64,000 nt of DNA from NCBI GenBank assembly GCA_963931065.1, contig OZ006970.1, positions 293,498 through 357,497 of the forward strand, read 5' to 3'. Source of the DNA: an uncultured Bacilli bacterium (GTDB taxonomy: Bacteria > Bacillota_I > Bacilli_A > RF39 > UBA660). The position numbers were made by a program, and so were the translations under genes. How positions within the stretch are numbered: the stretch's first letter is position 1; every line of letters starts with the position of its first letter. Below are positions 49,049 to 60,811 of the stretch, piece by piece. The notes below the pieces were generated by a model. It saw only the letters and a program-made list of their open reading frames with translations, had not been told where the DNA came from and did not search any database.

Positions 49049-49546
49049 TCAATCATTTATAACTAACTTTGAAAGCAGTTTATTTATAATAGAATCTATC
49101 TCTTTATCTTTACCTAACAAACTTTTTAAAAATTTATTAGTACTAGTTGATTGTGGCAACATATATCCTGCTTCACGGAATAAATCTTCAACTATTACTT
49201 TATTAGACTGAATTAAAGCCTTATATAAACGTTTAAGATCATCATTACTAGATTTATTCATAAGATATTTTAAAGTCTTAATCTCATCTATCTTCCTATC
49301 AGCAATACTAAATAATTCACTAATAACTCTTTTATCTTTAACTTTTTGTTTAGGATAAACTCTAGGTAACATACTAATAGCTCTCGATGGACAAGAAGCT
49401 GCACAGGCCCCACAACCAATACATTTATCAAAATCTATCTGACCTGTTTCATTATCAGTAGCACCAGTTGGACATACAAAAAGGCATAAGCAATCTTTAG
49501 TACATATTTTTAAGTCACGATAAGCATATCTTTCACTTTTTTCCAT
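49049..49546 (-). CDS. 4Fe-4S ferredoxin-domain protein with a C-terminal extension.
   Basis: CIGCGACAASCP and CLCLFVCPTG cluster motifs. It abuts the upstream rubredoxin-domain gene, which suggests an operon. Confidence 0.7.
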   Translation of the reverse strand: MEKSERYAYRDLKICTKDCLCLFVCPTGATDNETGQIDFDKCIGCGACAASCPSRAISMLPRVYPKQKVKDKRVISELFSIADRKIDEIKTLKYLMNKSSNDDLKRLYKALIQSNKVIVEDLFREAGYMLPQSTSTNKFLKSLLGKDKEIDSIINKLLSKLVIND

Positions 49547-50185
49547 CTAGCACACCTCCAATATCTTAACACTAGGAACACGACACACAGGACATACTTT
49601 AGGAGGATTATCCCCTACATAAATAAAACCACATATATCACAAACCCATATTTTATTATTCTTAATATAATCTATTCCCTTTTCTTTATAAGTATCTATA
49701 ACTACTTTCATAATGTTAGTACTCTTACTAGCCCAATTAACAACTCTCTTAGCCCCTCTATCATCATATTTAGAAAATACTTCCATTGCCTTACTAAAAC
49801 TATTAATATCAGAACTAACCATATCAATAACATCATCTAAACTACCAGTTTTAGCACTTTCTAACTCTTCATAATGTCTAGATAATTCCCTAAATAAATC
49901 TTTTTCTTCTTCCAAATATTGTTTTTCTGAAGCTTTTGCTAAATTAGAACAAATTAAAGATATTTCATAATTAGATAACTCTCTTAAATCATCATCTACT
50001 TCTTCTATAATCTCAACTTTCTCTTCTTCTTTTATTTTCTCTTTTTCTTCTTTAATCTCTTCAAATAAACTCTTAGGTGCCCCACAAGCCGGACACTTCC
50101 AATCATCAGGTAAATCAACAAATTTTACCTTTTCTTTAGAATCATCATAAATATAACCACAAATAGTACAACGATATTTCCTCAT
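49547..50185 (-). CDS. Protein with rubredoxin-like CxxC...CxxC domains at both termini, flanking an alpha-helical core. It is rubrerythrin-related.
   Basis: An N-terminal [12 protein letters not shown]...WKCPACGAP and a C-terminal [10 protein letters not shown]...CPVCRVP. Confidence 0.6.
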   Translation of the reverse strand: MRKYRCTICGYIYDDSKEKVKFVDLPDDWKCPACGAPKSLFEEIKEEKEKIKEEEKVEIIEEVDDDLRELSNYEISLICSNLAKASEKQYLEEEKDLFRELSRHYEELESAKTGSLDDVIDMVSSDINSFSKAMEVFSKYDDRGAKRVVNWASKSTNIMKVVIDTYKEKGIDYIKNNKIWVCDICGFIYVGDNPPKVCPVCRVPSVKILEVC

Positions 50186-50255
50186 ACATACCTCCATAAA
50201 TAAATCATATCAAACAAAGAATAATAAATCCACCATATTTTCATACTCAATTTAT

Positions 50256-51170
50256 TTAATTATATCTTTTTCCATTAACTAGAGGCTTTAAAACTCTAAC
50301 CTTAATATTAGGAATATCTATCTTAGGAATAGAATCAATATTTATATTCTCAAAAAGATTAATTTTATCCAATAACTCTTTATCAATACTTTTCTTTAAT
50401 ATATTAAATAATTCTACTTCATTAAGACTATACAAATCATCATAAGTAATATAACCCTTATCAATAGATAGTTTTGTTATATTAGCAAGCAAGTGCATCA
50501 TATAATTATCTTCATTAGTATGACAATACAAATCTATACTTTCACTAACATCTATTATTTTAGAAACAATATCTCTATTATTAAAACCAATCTCATCTTC
50601 ATTATCTTCATTTTTAAATACTCTAACATCATTAATAATTTTTTTAATATCATCTTTAGTAACATTTTTAGTCCATGCTATACCAGTTAAAATAACACCA
50701 TCTAACCTATCAGCACAACACTTTGGTCTATCGTTATCAACAATACTAAAGTTTTTAAAATTAATAATATTATCTACATCTATATTGTCTTCTTTTAAAC
50801 ACTTAAGCAAATACTTATCATTTTTAATAATATCTTCCGTAAGTTCTTCTGTGCTTTCTTGTTTTTCATAATCTTCATTCATATAATCTATAACATGAGA
50901 AAAACAAGGAGTTGCAACATCATGAAATAAAGCTGCTACAGTCATAGTCTTATCATTAGTTACTTTATAAGTTAATAAAGAAGTTGTTAGAGAATGATCA
51001 AACCTACTAATATATTCATCAAAATTATAAACACTTTTAGAAGCAAAATCCATTCCACAAAAATAACCAACACTCATCAATCTAACTAAAGAAGGACATT
51101 TAAGATATTTTTTAAGAAAAAATGGCATATCATTATAATCTAATTGCTCTAAATAATACTTTAATAACAT
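50256..51170 (-). CDS. HD-domain phosphohydrolase family protein.
   Basis: An AALFHDVATPCFSH (H...HD) motif. Confidence 0.65.
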   Translation of the reverse strand: MLLKYYLEQLDYNDMPFFLKKYLKCPSLVRLMSVGYFCGMDFASKSVYNFDEYISRFDHSLTTSLLTYKVTNDKTMTVAALFHDVATPCFSHVIDYMNEDYEKQESTEELTEDIIKNDKYLLKCLKEDNIDVDNIINFKNFSIVDNDRPKCCADRLDGVILTGIAWTKNVTKDDIKKIINDVRVFKNEDNEDEIGFNNRDIVSKIIDVSESIDLYCHTNEDNYMMHLLANITKLSIDKGYITYDDLYSLNEVELFNILKKSIDKELLDKINLFENINIDSIPKIDIPNIKVRVLKPLVNGKRYN

Positions 51171-51260
51171 ATAGAACCCTCCTTAAAAACATAATAACAT
51201 ATTTAATAATAATATACTACAAATTATCTTTTATTAAAATATTACTTATATATCTAAAAA

Positions 51261-51328
51261 TGCACAATATTTTAAAAATATTGTGCATTATATAAAATGA
51301 ATATGCTGTTTTGCACAATCATTGTGCA
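51261..51328. promoter_or_regulatory. Operator pair upstream of the HD-domain gene: a 13-1-13 perfect palindrome TGCACAATATTTT-A-AAAATATTGTGCA plus an 8-1-8 palindrome TGCACAAT-C-ATTGTGCA.
   Basis: Direct reading. The same pair, in the same order and spacing relative to the gene, sits upstream of fic at 52533-52600. Confidence 0.5.
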
Positions 51329-51337
51329 TTTATTACT

Positions 51338-52465
51338 TTATAATTCTCTTCCAACAAATACATTATATATCTCATTATATCTATAACTTAGCTTTGCATA
51401 AGTTGAATCTTGAACTAAAATTCCCATATCTACCAAATTATCTATAATGTTAGATACTGTATTCCTTGACACTCCTGATTCCTCCACTACTTCTTTCTTA
51501 GTAAAAACTACTTGTTTCATAATTACTGGCATTATTCTATATACAGCAGTACTATTTAATTCACTTATTCTTTCCATATCATTAATATAAATTTGTTTTA
51601 TTCTATTTATTTTTGCAATATAATTATTACATTGATCAATAATACATTGTAAGAAAAATTTTATAAAACCTAACATATTTCCTTTTCTACTCTCATTTAA
51701 ATATCTATAATAACTAGGTTTATATAATTCTATTATTTCAGATAAAAACAAAATAGGTTCATCTTCAGTAAGTATAGCCAACTGAATTGGAATTAATGCT
51801 CTACCTAATCTTCCATTACCATCACGATAAGCATGTATAGTTTCAAACTGAGAATGAGATATAGCCATATTAATAAATATAGGATCAATATAGGCATCAT
51901 TCATATATTGAAATAAATTATCTAATAATATAGGAACTTCTTCTGGTATAGGTGGAACAAATATAGCTTCATCAATAGTACATCCCTTAGGTCCCACCCA
52001 ATTTTGAACATCTCTAATCTTACCAGGCTCTTTTTCATTACCTCTAACACTATCTAATAAAATTTTATGAATAGTATTTACAAATTTAATATCAATTTTT
52101 TCTTGTTTTAAATAATCTTTTGCATACTCAATAACTTTTTTCAAATTTTGAATTTCTAAATTATCATCAGTTTTTGGCATATATTTCAAATAATACATTT
52201 CATCTTGAGAAATCTGCGTACCCTCAATTTGTGTAGACTTTAAACTTTCGCTCAATATGACTGAATCAAGAAAAAATTTTGAATCAAATTGACTATTTTT
52301 TAAATTTGATTTATATTCGCCGTATCTTTCATTAGCTTCTGAAATCAAATTTAGTAACTCTTTATCAATATTATATTTTATTGGTAACATATCAACTTTA
52401 ATTGGTTTCATAATAAGCCTCATTCCTTCCACTTCATTTAAGTCATACATAGCCATGAATAACAT
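51338..52465 (-). CDS. fic: Fic/DOC-family protein (AMPylase-type) with a C-terminal winged HTH.
   Basis: The HAYRDGNGRLGRAL Fic motif (HxFx(D/E)GNGRxxR) and a C-terminal wHTH-like region (VSRNTVSNIIDNLVDMGIL). Confidence 0.85.
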   Translation of the reverse strand: MLFMAMYDLNEVEGMRLIMKPIKVDMLPIKYNIDKELLNLISEANERYGEYKSNLKNSQFDSKFFLDSVILSESLKSTQIEGTQISQDEMYYLKYMPKTDDNLEIQNLKKVIEYAKDYLKQEKIDIKFVNTIHKILLDSVRGNEKEPGKIRDVQNWVGPKGCTIDEAIFVPPIPEEVPILLDNLFQYMNDAYIDPIFINMAISHSQFETIHAYRDGNGRLGRALIPIQLAILTEDEPILFLSEIIELYKPSYYRYLNESRKGNMLGFIKFFLQCIIDQCNNYIAKINRIKQIYINDMERISELNSTAVYRIMPVIMKQVVFTKKEVVEESGVSRNTVSNIIDNLVDMGILVQDSTYAKLSYRYNEIYNVFVGREL

Positions 52466-52532
52466 AATTACTTTTTCAAATTAATCATCTAGAAAAAGTT
52501 TAACATAATACAATACTTTTGTAAACAAAAAA

Positions 52533-52600
52533 TGCACAATATTTTGAAAACATTGTGCATTTTTGTCGAAAATTCCTAACTTTTGCACAATCACTATGCA
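52533..52600. promoter_or_regulatory. Operator pair upstream of fic, a near-identical copy of 51261-51328.
   Basis: TGCACAATATTTTGAAAACATTGTGCA and TGCACAATCACTATGCA. Confidence 0.5.
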
Positions 52601-52722
52601 TTTTTTACATTTTTCAGCATAAAGATGCTAAATAGTATTAAATCATTGTAAATGTCAATAACTTTTTGGACAAAAATGTCAATTTCAAAGTTGGACACTT
52701 TTATAATTAAGAGGGAGGAAAA

Positions 52723-53484
52723 TTACTCCCTCTTAAAATTATCTAGTTGTTCAATTTTATTCTTAATACGATATGAATTTCCTTTTATATTTATAACATG
52801 AGAATGATGTAATAATCTATCTAATATAGCATTTGCTAATATATTATCGCTAAATACTTCTCCCCATTCACTAAAAACCATATTGGTTGTTATTATTGTA
52901 GATCTTTTCTCATATCTTTTTGCTATTAATTGGAATAATAGATTAGCTCCTTGTTTATCTACCGGCAAATATCCAATTTCATCTATTATTAATAATTCAT
53001 ATCTACAAAAATGCTTTATTCTTGCTTCTAGTTTATTTTCAAAATGTGCTTTATTTAATTGTGTTATTAAATCATGACAACTTATAAAATATACCGAATA
53101 TCTTTTCTTTGCTGCTGTTATACCTAATGATATAGCTAGGTGTGTTTTACCAACACCTGAACTACCTACAAATAGTATATTTTCATGTTTTTCTAAAAAT
53201 CTCAATGTATTTAAATCTTCTATTTTTTCTTTATCTATTGATGGTTGATAATCAAAATCGAAATCTTTTAATTCTTTTTCATAAGGAAATGCTGATACTT
53301 TTATTTGTATTTTTGATGCTCTTTCATTTCTATATTCTATTTCCTTATTTGTTAATTCTAAAAATGCTTTTTGAAATGGTATTTTTTTACTTGTTATTTC
53401 CTCTAAATAATTGGGTAAATAACTTCTCATCTTTTCTAGCTTTAATATTTCTAAATTATTTAATATGTTATTATATTCATTCAT
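52723..53484 (-). CDS. istB: IS21-family helper ATPase IstB.
   Basis: An AAA+ P-loop GSSGVGKTHLA, a Walker B LLIIDEIGY and a DnaC-like fold. Confidence 0.85.
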   Translation of the reverse strand: MNEYNNILNNLEILKLEKMRSYLPNYLEEITSKKIPFQKAFLELTNKEIEYRNERASKIQIKVSAFPYEKELKDFDFDYQPSIDKEKIEDLNTLRFLEKHENILFVGSSGVGKTHLAISLGITAAKKRYSVYFISCHDLITQLNKAHFENKLEARIKHFCRYELLIIDEIGYLPVDKQGANLLFQLIAKRYEKRSTIITTNMVFSEWGEVFSDNILANAILDRLLHHSHVINIKGNSYRIKNKIEQLDNFKRE

Positions 53485-54709
53485 CTATTTTCACTCCTAA
53501 CAATATATCTTTTTTCTTTAATTCTATTATTTCTTGTATTTCTTCATCTGTTTTATTTCTATATGCTTCACTTTTCATTATTTCTTTTAAATCACTTTCA
53601 TGATAATTTAAATACTTATCACTTATCTCATGTTGGCAAACAAAATCTGTGATGTTATAATATATATTGATTCTGGAATCCATTTCTGATATAGTGACTT
53701 GTTTTCCTATCAGATATGTTGGAACTGAGTATTTTTTACCTTTATACGTTACCATAGATTCTTTTGATACTTTATAAGTTTTTTCGGGCTCATAATAGTT
53801 GATTAATCTATCCCATAACGGTAAAGGATTTAAATACTCTTTTTCTTTTTCATGAATTTTACTCGGAACTATATTTATTCCTTGAACTACTTCATTATTT
53901 ATATCTTCGTTTATTTCTTTTACTATTTCATCCAAATCTTCCCAAGTCTCGAATTCTTCATTATATGGTCTTAATCTTTCCATTATTCTAGCGAGTGTTT
54001 CTACTTTTCCTTTTGTTTTTGGCCTATATCCTACACAAGCGAGAGGAGTAAATCCAGCATCATTACTAAAGCTTTCAAATCTTTTATTAAATACTACTTT
54101 TGTAGTTGTAGTTCTTGCTTTATCTACTACTGTTTTCATATTATCAAACAATATTTCTTTAGGGCTACCATTAAAATAACCAAACGCACTAACCATACAT
54201 TTAAATAAAGTATTTTGATTTCTATCACTTGTAAGTTTAATGTATTTATATCTTGAATATCCCAAAATCATTAGAAATATATTTATTTCAAATACTTCGC
54301 CATATTTATTTACTAATCTCATAGACTCTTTCCAATCAACTTGAGCTTGTAATCCAGGCACTGTTTCAAATCTTATTGTTGCCTTTTTTATTTGTTCATT
54401 TTTATGTTCCTTTATATATTTCCTTACTATACCATATCCTCCAGTATATCCTTGCTTTTTAATGAATTTATAAACATTCATTCCTTTACTTCTGTATTTA
54501 TCTACTTTAGTATCAATTATTTCCTTATAAGGGTCTAGTTTACTAGTTCTAGTTGTTCTTTTTTTAGGTTTTGGATTTTTTAGTCTTTCTTCTCGATTAT
54601 ATATCGTTTGCCTAGAACATCCCATAATTCTTGCCATTTCACTTTTATTAATATTATCACCTCCAATTCTTATAATTTCATTTCTTACATCTTTTCTCAT
54701 TAAAATCAA
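53477..54709 (-). CDS. istA: IS21-family transposase IstA.
   Basis: An N-terminal HTH, then a DDE integrase core. It overlaps istB by 8 nt. Confidence 0.85.
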   Translation of the reverse strand: MILMRKDVRNEIIRIGGDNINKSEMARIMGCSRQTIYNREERLKNPKPKKRTTRTSKLDPYKEIIDTKVDKYRSKGMNVYKFIKKQGYTGGYGIVRKYIKEHKNEQIKKATIRFETVPGLQAQVDWKESMRLVNKYGEVFEINIFLMILGYSRYKYIKLTSDRNQNTLFKCMVSAFGYFNGSPKEILFDNMKTVVDKARTTTTKVVFNKRFESFSNDAGFTPLACVGYRPKTKGKVETLARIMERLRPYNEEFETWEDLDEIVKEINEDINNEVVQGINIVPSKIHEKEKEYLNPLPLWDRLINYYEPEKTYKVSKESMVTYKGKKYSVPTYLIGKQVTISEMDSRINIYYNITDFVCQHEISDKYLNYHESDLKEIMKSEAYRNKTDEEIQEIIELKKKDILLGVKIDE

Positions 54710-55033
54710 CTCCTTACTATCTTTGGAAAAGATAGTTTAATTGTATCAATTAATGAAAAAGAATTGGTACAAACTGTCCAATTTCTAGATTGACATTTTT
54801 GTCCAATTCCATATTAACATTTACAATCATTTCACAAAATCATTGCTTTAAGTTTGCTATTTTTAGATTTTTAATACATCAAGCTCATGTTTTTCTATAA
54901 TCTATTGCCATTTGATTATTTACAAATAATATTCAATTTAAATGTATTAAATATAATAAATTATATCAATTTATATTTCTTAGATTAAAATACTTTTTCA
55001 AACTCTTAAAACATATAAAAACGAACTATTACT

Positions 55034-55058
55034 AGTTCGAATAGATATCAATGTGGTG
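55034..55058. repeat. att-like repeat copy R1 (AGTTCGAATAGATATCAATGTGGTG), part of a 95-bp repeat unit (55033-55127). It is related to the sequence abutting the ssrA 3' end.
   Basis: On the minus strand it reads CACCACATTGATATCTATTCGAACT. Compare the ssrA 3' end plus flank, CTCCACCATTGGCGAATCTGTTCGAACTATTCGAACT. Confidence 0.5.
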
Positions 55059-55259
55059 CCGTTGAGGAAGTTATCTACAACTTATCGGTAATTTAATACA
55101 AGAAGCAATCACTATTTAAACTATAACATACACTCTTGAAATTTTATCAAAAACATTTCTTGTTCTCTTGTTTTATAAATATATTTATTATATAATTCTA
55201 ACAGGAACATTTGATGTGAGTGTCGTCCTCCAATCTTGAGAAAGAAAGGAGGGATAGAA

Positions 55260-55352
55260 ATGAAGAAAAGAACTTTTATAATAAAAGTCCTTCGTCTTAT
55301 TGCTATCATTTTATTACTCCTTACCTTATTGGTAATAGCAATAAAAATATGA
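55260..55352 (+). CDS. Candidate type I toxin-like small hydrophobic peptide (30 aa, MKKRTFIIKVLRLIAIILLLLTLLVIAIKI).
   Basis: A strong RBS AAGGAGGGATAGAAATG. An upstream CCTCC can pair with that RBS. A 7-bp stem GACACTC...GAGTGTC and a T-run lie just downstream. The peptide has a single TM helix. The overlapping 80-aa antisense ORF in the track is probably spurious. Confidence 0.35.
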   Translation: MKKRTFIIKVLRLIAIILLLLTLLVIAIKI

Positions 55353-55506
55353 CACTCTCTCATCTCTGATTGAGTGTCAACCCTAAATTTTTAGAGGCGA
55401 CATTCACTTGCAGAATTAAATGTTCCTCTTTTTTATTTTATGCAAGTTTTCTTGCTTACATACTAATAATATCATAAAAGTAAACTTTTTTCAAGTCATC
55501 TATACA

Positions 55507-55531
55507 TTAACTCATTAGTTCGAGTAAATAT
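55507..55531. repeat. att-like repeat copy R2 (AGTTCGAGTAAATATCAATCTGGTG), part of a 98-bp repeat unit (55506-55603) that is about 70% identical to 55033-55127.
   Basis: Direct comparison. The shared stretch TCTACAACTT...CAATCACTA continues beyond the core. Confidence 0.5.
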
Positions 55532-55699
55532 CAATCTGGTGCGAGTGTCGTAGTAGTCTACAACTTTCTCTAGAGACGATTGGTATAAAAATCAATCACT
55601 AAATATAGTTTACCATCAAAAGAAAAAAGTAGCAATAATTTTGTGCTACTTATTAACCATTTTTAATTTAATTTCACTTGTTTAATTTTTAATCAAAAA

Positions 55700-56659
55700 C
55701 TACAAATAATGTTTATCCAAACTTCTTACTATTTTTTTTACATTTTTATCATTAATTGAAGTGGTAGTGGTTTTTATATCTGGATCATCATCCCAATCAT
55801 ATACACCATCCAATTCATGACTTTCTCTAAAAGTTAATGTTAATAAATCAATGGATAATGATTTATTATATTTACCAAAAGCAATACTAAACAACTTTTC
55901 ATATCCTTGAATTAATAACTTATAATTTGCCATTGCTAGATAACCACCACTAGATGAACTAATTTGTAAATTTCTATCTTGATGATACATAATAGCAATT
56001 CTTTTAGAAATAACGTTATATAGTTCCAGTAATTCTTTTTTAATTGATTTAAGATTAATGATGGTTGATATATCAGTTTCAAGTAAATATTTATTTATAT
56101 CTTTACATTGTCTAGGCCATTCTTGATTTTCAATTAATTTATCTATATGACTTTCCCATATATTTTGAATCATTTGCGCTGCTATATATTTTCCTATTAA
56201 TAAATCATTTTCATCTATATCAATAGTATCATCTATTTTTCTTTTAGGTACATCTGCCAAATATTCTTCAATAACTTTTCTAATTTTAAATGTTTGTCCT
56301 TTAAAATCATCAAACTGACTCATACCACCATCCATAAAATATGTGTTAATAACACTTCTATCATAATTACTTAATTTATAATTTGCTTGAATAATATAAT
56401 CATTACTGCTTTCATCTTCTATCATATTCATATGTGGTTTATTAAACCAATCTCTTTCATTTTTTCTTTCAAAAAAGCGATCGAATAGTTTCTTGTTTTC
56501 GTATAGTGCGTCTTCAACTTCCATTTTTGATTCAAAAAAGTATAAAAAGCTAATAAATTCAGAAGTAGAAAAACTGGGTTCATAACCATTATTAGTTTTA
56601 TACATCATATATTCTACTATTAAATCATCTACTGTTAATTTGTGTTCTAAATTTACCAT
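55700..56659 (-). CDS. Hypothetical protein, island cargo.
   Basis: 319-aa ORF followed by a terminator hairpin (AAGTAGCA...TGCTACTT plus T-run on the minus strand) at about 55625-55660. Confidence 0.4.
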   Translation of the reverse strand: MVNLEHKLTVDDLIVEYMMYKTNNGYEPSFSTSEFISFLYFFESKMEVEDALYENKKLFDRFFERKNERDWFNKPHMNMIEDESSNDYIIQANYKLSNYDRSVINTYFMDGGMSQFDDFKGQTFKIRKVIEEYLADVPKRKIDDTIDIDENDLLIGKYIAAQMIQNIWESHIDKLIENQEWPRQCKDINKYLLETDISTIINLKSIKKELLELYNVISKRIAIMYHQDRNLQISSSSGGYLAMANYKLLIQGYEKLFSIAFGKYNKSLSIDLLTLTFRESHELDGVYDWDDDPDIKTTTTSINDKNVKKIVRSLDKHYL

Positions 56660-56728
56660 AAATCCTCCTTTTCTTCTAATTATTATACCATAATTTTTCT
56701 TTATTTTATCATTAATTTTATATGTTTA

Positions 56729-58117
56729 TTAAATTTCTAAATCAAAATCATCTTTATCTTTATTATCGTGTTCTTTACTGAATACATAAGTATCTTTTAA
56801 ATCCTCAAATGTTTCATCACTAATAATACCTTTTGAGTATAAATCAATAGATACATCTCTATATTTATCTCGTACTTTTCCTCTATCAAAGAGTTTATCA
56901 CTAATAAGATTAATAACACTTAAAAACTTATCTTTCCAAAATTCTAGCTTTTCTCTTAATGAATAATTTTCTTCTTCTAATTCTTTAATTTCTTTAGTTT
57001 TACTTTTAAGGTTTTTAGTTAGAGTTTCTACTCTTAAAGATAAAGCATTATTATTTTCAGTTAGTACCTTAATCTTCTCACGATTTTCTTTTAATTCTTC
57101 ATGTACATTATTTAACGTAACAGACAAAGTTTGTATATTTTTATATTCATTATTTGTTTTATCAACTTTATCTATGAAAGTAATAAGTTTATCTTTATCT
57201 TCTTGCTTTAAAACATATTTATCTTTATTGATTATAGTAGTCTTTAAATTATCAACTATATTCTTAACTTCTTTAGAATTATTATCTAACTCTAAAGACT
57301 TTTTATTTACTATTTCTAATTTTGTTTGATTTTTGGATAGTTCTTGTTTCATAGTTTGATAATTAGTCATATCAGAAACATGAATATCACGATTTCTTCC
57401 TTTTAATTTTTTCTTTAAAGAGTTATTTAGATTATATTCTTTATTAAATGATTCAATACAAAGTATTCTCATTTTATCCTGTAATTTTGTTAAAGACTCT
57501 TTTGTAAACACATCAGACTTTCCAACTTGTTTAGACATACCATTTTTGTTTTTATATTTAATTGGGACTCCTACAATATGAAGATGTGGACTTGTTTCGT
57601 CATAATGAATAATAGCACTAGCTATTTTAAAGTTAGGTAACATTGTTTCTAAATCATCAACTTGGTCTTTATAAACAGAAGTCATACGTTTTTTAAAATC
57701 TAAATCTTTGGTATCCCAATATTTCTTATCTCCAAGTTCAATAATAATCTCACAAGCTAAATCATTTTTTTCATTATTACTGATATTAGTAAAGTAGTCA
57801 TTTATCTTTCTATTTTCTCTAGTTTGTTTAGCATTATATTCAAGTCGTGCTTCTTCAAATTCTTCTTTATATAAATTTCTAACATCATCATACAAAGAAG
57901 AAGTACCTTTTATGATTTCGATATTGTCTTGATCGTTATCATACTTTCTATAATTATGCTTATCTACTCGAGATAAACCTCGTGCATTTTGTATTGCATT
58001 ATTACTCATAGACGTAGAGCCACTTTTATTTGTTTTAGCACTTTTTCTAACATTATTCTTTTTATTTTTATCACTACCCAAATGTAGTGAATAAGCAAGT
58101 TCAGACATATAAATCAC
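56729..58117 (-). CDS. MobV-family (Mob/Pre) relaxase for plasmid or ICE mobilization.
   Basis: The HxDE..PHxH motif (IIHYDETSPHLHIVGVP) and a long C-terminal coiled coil. Confidence 0.7.
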   Translation of the reverse strand: MIYMSELAYSLHLGSDKNKKNNVRKSAKTNKSGSTSMSNNAIQNARGLSRVDKHNYRKYDNDQDNIEIIKGTSSLYDDVRNLYKEEFEEARLEYNAKQTRENRKINDYFTNISNNEKNDLACEIIIELGDKKYWDTKDLDFKKRMTSVYKDQVDDLETMLPNFKIASAIIHYDETSPHLHIVGVPIKYKNKNGMSKQVGKSDVFTKESLTKLQDKMRILCIESFNKEYNLNNSLKKKLKGRNRDIHVSDMTNYQTMKQELSKNQTKLEIVNKKSLELDNNSKEVKNIVDNLKTTIINKDKYVLKQEDKDKLITFIDKVDKTNNEYKNIQTLSVTLNNVHEELKENREKIKVLTENNNALSLRVETLTKNLKSKTKEIKELEEENYSLREKLEFWKDKFLSVINLISDKLFDRGKVRDKYRDVSIDLYSKGIISDETFEDLKDTYVFSKEHDNKDKDDFDLEI

Positions 58118-58329
58118 GCTCCTTTCTTTAAAAATTATTTTGTTATGACAAAATATTTAACCCCCTAGGCATTTTGACGCATGGCATCAAAATAACCTCG
58201 TGGTCTAGGGATTCCCTAGAACCCATTTCTTTATTTCATATTGTTTTAAAACTTCATAATAAAACAAAATTACATAAAGCATTGATGAAAATATTTTATT
58301 GTCATAAAACATTTTCTTTGTAAAAATCT

Positions 58330-60285
<1,956 letters not shown>

Positions 60286-60499
60286 TTATCATCTCCCTTT
60301 TCAAAAAAAGAGGAGTCAAAACCACTAGCATACAACTAATATTTTTAACTCCTCTAATAAACTATTTAAGTTTTTATATAAATCTAATTTGTAAGTTTTA
60401 ACCATAGAGTACCTACTTTCTAATAAAAGACGGATACTGCTTGTCATTTATTGACGAATATAATACAACTTTTTATTTGATTTGTCTAGTATATGAGTA

Positions 60500-60784
60500 T
60501 TAGTTAATGCTTTTGATATAGTTTTCAAGTTCTGATAGTTTAATCTTTTTGCTCAAATTATTGATATAGATTTCATTTGAATAATTAATAGCAAGAAATA
60601 GATTATCTTTAATGATTATTCTATGTGGCTCAATGTATGATAAATTTGTCTTATCAATCTTTCTAATACTACCATTTATAATAGTTGGAGTAGTATTACA
60701 AAAATCACAAATAATTTCTAATCTCTTTCTTAAAGATTCTTCCATATCAATTTCAATTTTCTTTACATTAATCATAGACACCAA
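60500..60784 (-). CDS. Hypothetical small protein, the first gene after the ssrA terminator.
   Basis: 94-aa ORF. I recognise no family. Confidence 0.35.
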   Translation of the reverse strand: MVSMINVKKIEIDMEESLRKRLEIICDFCNTTPTIINGSIRKIDKTNLSYIEPHRIIIKDNLFLAINYSNEIYINNLSKKIKLSELENYIKSIN

Positions 60785-60811
60785 CCTTTCTTTCGATTAG
60801 TTTTTTATATA

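Larger units (their letters stand above)
52647..54825 (-). mobile_element. IS21-family insertion sequence (istA-istB), about 2.18 kb, with 5'-TG...CA-3' ends, multi-repeat terminal inverted repeats and a 5-bp target duplication ATCAT.
   Basis: The left end TGTAAATGTCAATAACTTTTTGGACAAAAATGTCAAT matches the reverse complement of the right end TGTAAATGTTAATATGGAATTGGACAAAAATGTCAAT. ATCAT lies at 52642-46 and at 54826-30. Confidence 0.75.

Noticed and set aside
51256-52606. Interpreting the two 80-bp direct repeats around fic as the ends of an inserted fic cassette.
   Set aside because: Each copy lies at the same position upstream of a different gene (the HD-domain gene and fic) and consists of operator-like palindromes. 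A shared operator architecture explains the pattern more simply than a cassette insertion does.
55040-55560. Possible tRNA genes suggested by TGGTGCC and TGGTGCG (ACCA-like) strings at 55051-55060 and 55528-55534.
   Set aside because: No T-arm (GTTCGAATC-like) or acceptor-stem pairing can be formed. They are better explained as degenerate copies of the ssrA 3' flank (att-like repeats).
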